Shown here one piece after another: positions 6,950 through 13,218 of a stretch of 13,218 nucleotides of DNA. Source of the DNA: Azolla caroliniana (Eukaryota; Plantae; Polypodiophyta); assembly GCA_043228905.1 (NCBI GenBank), contig JBHGNT010000981.1, forward strand, positions 1 to 13,218. Direction: 5' to 3'. The notes beneath the pieces were generated by a model. It was not told where the DNA came from. It saw nothing but the letters and a program-made list of their open reading frames with translations, and searched no databases. Position numbers and translations under genes: made by a program. How positions within the stretch are numbered: the first letter of the stretch is position 1; every line of letters begins with the position of its first letter.

Positions 6950-8165
6950 TGTCGTGAAGATTTTCGGCAATGGTGTGAAAATCACATAAAACTACAAAAA
7001 GATGCAGGTCTTGAAGAGTTTTTGGATGCACTTTACTACATAAGAAACGGAAATCTAAGTGTCAACTTATGTGGGTATGAAGTTTTGCAAAAGAAAAAGA
7101 GAAAAATAAAACTGTGAAATATCCCACATAGATAGGAAAGTTTAGGCTCCGGCTATATAAGTAGATTGAGATCCATCATATTTTATCTATGTGTTATGTG
7201 TTAGGAGCACATAAAAAAATAGTTGGACTTAAGCCACTTTTGTCTAGATGGGCATATGTGGCTAAGTCGCGAGATGTGGCTAAGTGCTCGAATCGGCTGG
7301 TGAAGAAACTCAAATTGGTCGACGATAGAATCGAAAACCGGATGGATCTGGCAACCGACAATGGAACCGGTGACCAGCGATCTGGCGATGGAACTGGCGA
7401 CCAACCGGTGTTGGTAAACTCGGTTATTGGCATCTGGCAATAGAGTTGCAACGGAGCCAGTGAGCCGGTGGCAACCGGCGGCGCAGCCGGTGAGCCGGTG
7501 ACATTGGGCGACTGGCCGATGATTGGCAAGCGACTCGGGATGTGGATTGGGCTGGACCAAATAGATGCAAATCGGACGGATCAGTCGGGTCGGTTGATCG
7601 CGGTGCATGGTGTCTTAAAGAAAAAGCCTAATAGTATTTTGTGCATAAAAGAAAAAGATGTAAGCAAGACTCGAACTTAACACTTCAAGATAAGAAGCAA
7701 TAGGCTTACCATTAAGCCAAACCATTTCTTTAGGAATTATATTTTTATCATTGTAACTTTACATGTAAATTCTCATACATGAGAGCTAAAATAAGTGAGA
7801 TGGTTATCATGCACCACATGTAATACATGAGCGCCAAATGGCAAACATGCATTTTATGCATGTCTTGTACCCTCAAATGCATGAGGGCATCTATAAAAGA
7901 TGGGAGGAAAAAGAGAAAAGGGTAATGTAAATTTTTTATCAAGAGCTTGGTACATTATACCAAAATTAATATTAAGAAGAAAATTCGTTATCCAATTGAT
8001 GTAATAATCTTCCTCTCAATTTAGAATCAATATCTCAATCTCTCTCTCTTTCAATCTATCTTAAATCCTTTCTCGCTAAAGCTAGTGCGAACTTTGAATC
8101 CTTCCTGTCTAGGACCTCGGCGGTTCCACCTCACGATCCCCACGTAGTGATGGATCTTCACGACA
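6950..8165 (+). repeat. 3' LTR of element B (1216 bp, probably enlarged by an internal insertion)
   Basis: TGTCGTGAAGAT (6950-6961) and ATCTTCACGACA (8154-8165) form a perfect 12-bp inverted repeat. TATA at 7154-7161. Copia protease coding sequence resumes at 8166. Confidence 0.8.
7652..7726 (-). other. tRNA-derived / SINE-head-like Pol III internal promoter cassette
   Basis: On the minus strand: A box TGGCTTAATGG (7719-7709), B box GTTCGAGTC (7676-7668), D-arm GCTT/AAGC, T-arm TAAG/CTTG around a TTCGAGT loop, and T5 at 7656-7652. Acceptor and anticodon stems are poor, so it is not called as a tRNA gene. Confidence 0.5.
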
Positions 8166-9240
8166 ACGTGAACCGAACCTGCATCCCTTCATCGACAATC
8201 TGTCCGACCGACACCATATGCTTTGTGATTGTCGGGACTTGCAGGACGTTCATAAGCTTTCCCTTCTTCCAAACATGTTTGAGGGGAACCTGTCCGATGT
8301 TCTCTATGGTATGCAGGGTGTCGTCTCCGGTTTCGACCACCCCCAGTTGTTCCGGTTTTTCTAGATAAGCAAACCACTCCGCGTGGCTTGTCATATGGTT
8401 TGACGGTCCGGAATGAACATGCCATATGTCATTCAGTTTTGAGGTGCTGGTCTTTATCGACTTGGCCTTGTGTTTTATCACAAAAGTTGGGTCCGATCTA
8501 TCTTCGGAACTAGATCGTTCCGGTCCCTCCGCATAGTGCGAGCTTTGTTAGTCTCCCCATCCGTCCTTGCCAAATCCGGATTTCTCCGAATCGGTGTGCT
8601 TCTTCTAGCACTCGCTCTATTTGTGGCCCTTCTGGCCACAATACCAACAATCCATCGTAGTCTTCTCTCGCTGGGTCCCGACACTGCCTTAACTTCCCCT
8701 GTTTGTGGAGGGTCCGGAACTGTTGTCGACATCATCATTGTGCCTCCGATTTTGCTCTTGTCAGCCACTTCCACCGCGTACCAATCTACCTCGTCCACTA
8801 CAACCATGGGGCCGATCCGCCTCCGTGTACAACATCTTGTTGTCGGGGTGCATGCTTATTGACTCACCTGTGTGGTTCTCCTCTATTAGCATCATCGATT
8901 GTAAGTCAGAAAACAAGGGGGTATTCTCCCTTGTACAAACTGTCGTCCGGAATGCTCCGAACTTCGACGCAAGAACCCTGAGATAGACCTGTACCATCTC
9001 ACCTTCCTCGACGGTAACGTTGATAGAGGCAACTGAGACGCATATGTCTTTGATCCGTATAGTCGGCCACCGACATGTCCTTTTGTCGGACATTGCTCAA
9101 CTCCTACCAGAGTTGCAGCTTTCGGGCCATGGTGCTTGTAGCGAACAACTTCTTCAGGTTTCCCCAAGCTTCCTTCGGCATCTTGGCGTCCCGGATATGG
9201 CTCAACAGTTGATCGCCGACACTAGACGCAAAGCAGTACA
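8166..9240 (-). pseudogene. Copia gag C-terminal part and protease, with stops and frameshifts
   Basis: Reads YCFASSVGDQLLSHIRDAKMPKEAWGNLKKLF...KLQLW*EL, then IKDICVSVASINV...DLQSMMLIEE. Knuckle CWYCGQKGHK*SEC at 8649-8608. Protease IWHVHSGPSNHMT (decayed W-x-x-DSGASNHM) followed by NVLQVPTITKHMVSVGQ. Confidence 0.88.
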
Positions 9241-9980
9241 TGATAGGAATACGGTTTCCTATGCTATGCTCGGCCACAACCGAGACGTTGGATCAATCAC
9301 AGAAAACAAGGATGTGGTGAGATGTATCTACACACGAAACAGTAAAGAAGAGAGTGCACTAGATGTTGACGTGGAAAACCCAAATCTGGGTAAAACCACG
9401 ACAGCCCTCAGACTGCAGAATATCACTATATCAAGATTACAACAATGGGGCACAGAGGCAACGACCTTTTGCTCCCTCGCTTCGCCACTAGGCGGTTACA
9501 ATAGAGGCAACAACCTCTTCCTCTCTCTCTCTCTTCTCTGTGCGCAATTGCGCTCTTAATTATCGCCACAACGATAATAACACAACCAACTCTACATAAT
9601 CACTATTAAGTTTTCCCTAGGTCATATTTATACTAATATGACTTTCGGGCTATTTACAGATATAGCCCCGGTGGGCTCTCTCGAACATATTTACATATAT
9701 GTTCCTTTCCATCCGATGAGAGGTTCTCACCGGGCCTGCAACATCCGATTCTCACCGGGTCTTCCTTGCCGCGTACTCGTCATCCGGTTCTCACCGGGTC
9801 TTCCGTTGCCGGGTACTCCACATCCAGTTCTCACCGGGTCTTCCGTTGTCGGGTACTCGTCATCCAGTTCTCACCGGATCTTCCGTTGCCGGGTACTCCA
9901 CATCCGGATTCGGCCTCGGCCGAGTTGCTCATCAACATTGTTCTTCTCACTTCCCATCCGGAGGGACCTGTTTCCTAACA
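9241..9980 (-). mobile_element. Solo LTR D (740 bp, copia-like) inserted in the gag of element C
   Basis: TGATAGGAA...TTCCTAACA termini, with 5-bp target duplication GTACA at 9236-9240 and 9981-9985. Removing it restores gag RVMYCFASSV. TATAAATA on the minus strand at 9632-9625. The ACGTGGAAAACCC...AAAACCACG motif near 9370-9400 resembles plant copia LTR ends. Confidence 0.9.
9742..9907. repeat. Tandem array of four 39-40-bp units plus a partial unit in solo LTR D
   Basis: Unit CATCCRGTTCTCACCGGGTCTTCCGTTGCCGGGTACTC(GT/CA) at 9742, 9781, 9821 and 9861, with a partial unit at 9901. Confidence 0.95.
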
Positions 9981-10166
9981 GTACATAACTCTACTTGTTG
10001 ATTGTTCCCAACTAGGGAAGTCCCTGTGTGCCGCATCAGTTGCCGTATTGTTAGCTTCGTCAGCATAACTCCAATAACCATGCCTGAGCAGGTATTGGTG
10101 CATCTTGTATGACAAAGGTGCATAGTTGGATCTGTGGAGTTTCTCCGTTGGGAGCGAGCTCACCAT
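9981..10166 (-). pseudogene. N-terminal fragment of copia gag
   Basis: MVSSLPTEKLHRSNYAPLSYKMHQYLLRHGYWSY matches the copia gag N-terminal pattern (KL-x3-NY-x2-W...M...L...G-x-W). It starts about 100 nt after the PBS. Confidence 0.85.
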
Positions 10167-10262
10167 TCCTCAGTCCATATTTACCTTCTACCTCTTCTTT
10201 ACCGAGTGTTAGGGTTTGTCTTCAGAAATTGCTTGTCGTCTGTAGAGGTTCTCAACCCTCGT

Positions 10263-10274
10263 GCTCTGATACCG
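10263..10274 (-). other. Primer binding site, initiator tRNA-Met type
   Basis: Minus strand CGGTATCAGAGC matches canonical TGGTATCAGAGC at 11/12 and directly follows the LTR end CTTACA. Confidence 0.85.
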
Positions 10275-10685
10275 TGTAAGGAATAACGCGCAGAAGCTTG
10301 TAGACAAACCGGCTCAACCGGATTACAACAATAAAACAGAGAATGAAGGTTTAATGGAAGCTTAAGAACAGACAATACATAGGAGAGACAGAGAGAGTAG
10401 AAAGCATAAACTCAATTCAAAAATAATAACGCTCTGTACATACAATGTGCTCAATGAGCACTTTTATACAAGTTCATAAAGGACTAACAGAAGTATTGAC
10501 AAGTACTTCAATGCTCATACGAGCGACTGACGCTGACTCCAAGGAATCGGCCTACATACTAGGCTAGATTCGTAGGCCTCTAATGGCCTACCGGTTACAA
10601 TCCGATCCGGCTCCTAGTTCTAGATACTGATCCGGCTCTGGTTTATTCAGCCGATCTGGATCCGGTTGAGCTTGTCCACTCAACA
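10275..10685 (-). repeat. 5' LTR of copia element C (about 411 bp)
   Basis: Minus strand TGTTGAG...CCTTACA, adjacent to the PBS, with TATAAAA near 10468-10462. The far boundary is inferred from TCAACA at 10680-10685. Confidence 0.7.
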
Positions 10686-10937
10686 AAAGGAACTCGGTGA
10701 ATTACCATTGCCGAAAATCTCACCTCTTCCCCTTTCTTGGCACATACTGGTGGATGTGCAGTTTGGTGGGTGTGGATGTGGTGGGGATTTTCGGCTATGG
10801 TGAGAAAACCGAGTGGGGATGTGCAACATTGCACATGCACTTCGAGAATTTTAAAATAAAGATAAGAAAACAAATGTAAAATGTAAGGTGCGAAAGTTCA
10901 CCACAAAGTTCATGGAGAGTAAATGTGATGTGCACTT
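10686..10937 (+). mobile_element. Remnant E: 3' UTR, PPT and LTR start of a third member of the A/B gypsy family
   Basis: TTGGCACATACTGGTGGATGTGCAGTTTGGTGGGTGTGGA-TGTGGTGGGGATTTTCGGCTATGGTG aligns with 5638-5690 and 6910-6975. The LTR starts at 10777. Confidence 0.75.
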
Positions 10938-11566
10938 TGTTACCGATTAGAAACGTAGCCTACCCTCAGTCCTTCGGGGTATGGCTCAAGGGGGGTTTGT
11001 GGTACAGAGAATAGACTAACGTAGTATGTCTAGTCTCAACGTACTACAAGGGTAGAGTGTCACTAAGTGTTCACGAAGGTAAGGCGTTAACCCGATACGA
11101 CTACAACCGAGCTCCTACCCAATGTACGTTGTTGAACATGGATGTGCTACTTACCCTAAAAACTGATATGCTTAGGAATGACACACAGACAGAGAATGAG
11201 CAACATAGAGACTACAAAAGGTAGTATGACTATATTAGATGGGTTATACTCCCAAAAAATTCCCCCCTTACAATGTTCCTATGCCCTTTATATACGTAGG
11301 GCATAGTCAGTTACGCTTCATGCGTGAACCGCTACATGCGTTACTTTCACACTTCATTTATAATAACACGCCTACCCCCCAAGCCCATTTCTTTACTTCT
11401 CGCCTTGTTTCTCATTAGTCCGATTCCAGTGGACAACACCTGGCATGATCGTGGGATAGTGTCGTGGCACGTTGGACCCATCCTCTTCTACTCGTCGTCC
11501 ATAATATTGAGGATATTAGGTTCCTGTCGCTCGTTGTTGCGTGTCGTAATCAGTGGTGCCGTAACA
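10938..11566 (-). repeat. Probable orphan LTR F (629 bp)
   Basis: TGTTACCG...CCGTAACA termini (7/8 inverted match) and minus-strand TATATAAA at 11294-11287. No PBS, PPT or matching target duplication is visible. Confidence 0.55.
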
Positions 11567-13218
11567 TAGCTGGGCTCGTCAATTTGTGGCTCGACCAACG
11601 TTTCCTCCCGTAGTGCCTCTGTAGGTGCCTCCGATTGTATCTCGTGCTCCGCACATGTGGATGCATGGTCGGGGTAGCTTTGCAGCCTCGACAGTTACCG
11701 TGGGCACGTGTCAAGTAGTGGTTCTTCTTGGATTGCATCTTCCATAGTGACTACCGAAATGGGGAACATCTCGTTGAGTGTGGTGGTCGTAATCACCTTC
11801 AGAGCACCAGTTTGTTCAGTCAGGCTCTCGTCCTACTCTGCGGAATCGCTATCCTACAGGGCGATGGCCTCTGCCTTCTTCACCTCTTCCGCCCTTTGAT
11901 TTTTGATTCCGATGTCTCACAGCTGGCGGAATGGCTCTTCTTGACTTTCACCGAAGTCTTCTAATGGTTGTGCCATTTTCTGGGTGTGGTGGTCGGCCAA
12001 AGTCTAGGAATCCTACCTAAGGTCTTCGCAAACCGTAGCGATGCTTTCTTCGCTTAGTTTGTAAAAACCTTTTCCCTCCTTACGTTGATTTTCCCAGTCC
12101 ACTCTGTATGTGTGGAGTTCCGCTACCTGTGCCACCCATCCGGCCCATCCATTGTCTAACGCCACCTGTAATTGGGTCGTAAACCAATCGTGCTTTGTTT
12201 GGGGGAGGGTGCGGATACGGTCTGTGCTCCAGTGTGTGTGGGCCTGTAAGTCCTCAAGAGCCTTCTTGAGGTTCTCAATATCCTCTTGTTGGCCACCGCT
12301 TCTTCTTCATAATGTGTCTTCATTTGTGCTCATATCTCCGACTCCTTCTCATGGAGTTCCTCAACCCGGCCCATCTCATTGTTGAGGAATACTTCGACAT
12401 CGTGGTTGAGTTGACGCTCATGCGGGAGTTGTTCTTCATAGTACGCTCATTTTTTCTGTGCCGCTTTGCGTAACGCCGTAATAGTGGCTTCCTTCTTGTT
12501 CCCCTCTTCGTGGAGCTTGTCCCTCCCTTCCTTTGTCCGGCCATGTGTTGCTACTTCTGCGTTGAGGTTGGCCTGAACTGTCTTGACCGCCTTGCGTCCT
12601 TTTGTTTGGATGTCCGCCTCTCAACATGAAGATTGGTGGAATTCTTATCTAAGTTGGTCAATTTCTTATTCGGCTAGATCCGTAACCCTTTTAGCTTTTG
12701 CCATTATCGCCGCTTGAGCCTCTACCTCCTCCCGCAAGGTTTGTAATTCGGTGACCTAGGGGGTCGGAGCCGGAGCTTGTTGCATCGTGGGTGCGTTGTT
12801 CTCAAGCTGCGTAATGTGCTCCTATGCTTTGTTTAATTGCTCTTGGGTTATTTTCACCGTTTTCCAAACGTTTTTGTTTTTAATCGCCTTATCTAACTCC
12901 CTATGGACCTCTACTAAGGCGGTGTTAGTGGAGGGAGTTTGATTCCTACGCGGCGAACACACGCATTTCGTTTCCTTCCTATCCGTGCTACGGGTCCTTC
13001 GTCTTCGCTTTCCACCATCCGTGTTAGAGCACACTCAATCATTCGCTAGGACACCTTTTATCTGTTGTGTCGCCAGGAACTCCATGAGCTCATAAGTTGT
13101 GCCGAATTGCAAGGGTGCACCGAATTCATGGGTCGTGTCCGGGATGTCAAGGTAAGGCAACACTTCGCTTTCCGCCGTCAACAAGCCTTTACCGCATTGC
13201 GATTGTGTGGTTATTATT
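11567..13218 (-). pseudogene. Decayed E/Q/K/A-rich, coiled-coil-like ORF G, probably a retroelement accessory ORF
   Basis: Hand translation through stops gives ...VEVHRELDKAIKNKNVWKTVKITQEQLNKA*EHITQLENN...VTELQTLREEVEAQAAIMAKAKRVTDLAE*EIDQLR*EF... All stops could derive from CAG/CAA/CGA by one C>T change. A few frameshifts are present. No recognisable family motif. Confidence 0.5.

Larger units (their letters stand above)
6469..8165 (+). mobile_element. 3' part of related gypsy element B, interrupted by A
   Basis: Integrase C-terminus homologous to A, the same 3' UTR/PPT motif, and an LTR with a perfect 12-bp terminal inverted repeat. Confidence 0.85.
8166..10685 (-). mobile_element. 5' part of decayed Ty1/copia element C (LTR, PBS, gag, protease)
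   Basis: LTR, tRNA-Met PBS, copia gag, CCHC knuckle and copia-type protease in the expected order on the minus strand. It is cut off at 8166 by LTR B. Confidence 0.9.

Noticed and set aside
7652-7726. Functional tRNA gene
   Set aside because: No proper acceptor or anticodon stem; kept only as tRNA-derived.
9020-9559. 179-aa plus-strand ORF
   Set aside because: Spans the junction between antisense copia gag and solo LTR D, so it is an artefact.
9742-9900. Heat-shock elements in the 40-bp unit
   Set aside because: The TTC motifs are 13 nt apart, not in the alternating 5-bp nGAAn register.
9742-9907. CRISPR array
   Set aside because: Units are contiguous with no unique spacers, there are no cas genes, and the array lies inside an LTR.
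10777-10905. Short 129-bp LTR (TGTGGTG...CACCACA) of a TRIM-like element
   Set aside because: Only a 7-bp inverted match, with no second copy or target duplication. A longer LTR cut by F is equally plausible.
11571-11580. TGGGCTCGTC as a tRNA-Pro PBS after LTR F
   Set aside because: Only a partial resemblance to the vertebrate gammaretroviral PBS. The LTR appears to be minus-oriented and the bases belong to decayed ORF G.

Overview
Eukaryotic repeat-dense region with no host genes. The copia gag type suggests a non-seed land plant such as a bryophyte or fern, but that is inference. The window is a nest of about seven LTR-retroelement pieces. (A) 1-6468 (+): a GC-rich, near-intact Ty3/gypsy element with gag, TAG, protease, a -1 frameshift signal, RT-RNaseH-IN, PPT and 3' LTR (5678-6468). 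A sits inside the integrase of (B) 6469-8165 (+), an AT-richer relative whose 3' LTR (6950-8165) has a perfect 12-bp terminal inverted repeat. B sits at the end of the protease of (C) 8166-10685 (-), a decayed Ty1/copia element. C's gag is split by (D) a 740-bp solo LTR with a GTACA target duplication and a 40-bp tandem array. C abuts (E) a third 3'-end remnant of the A/B family, followed by (F) an orphan LTR at 10938-11566 and (G) a decayed coiled-coil ORF on the minus strand. Main observations: a -1 frameshift cassette (G_GAU_UUU_UAG plus pseudoknot) placed after the protease rather than before it; a covarying RNA structure enclosing the PPT and U3 start in three diverged copies; and a tRNA-like Pol III cassette inside LTR B.
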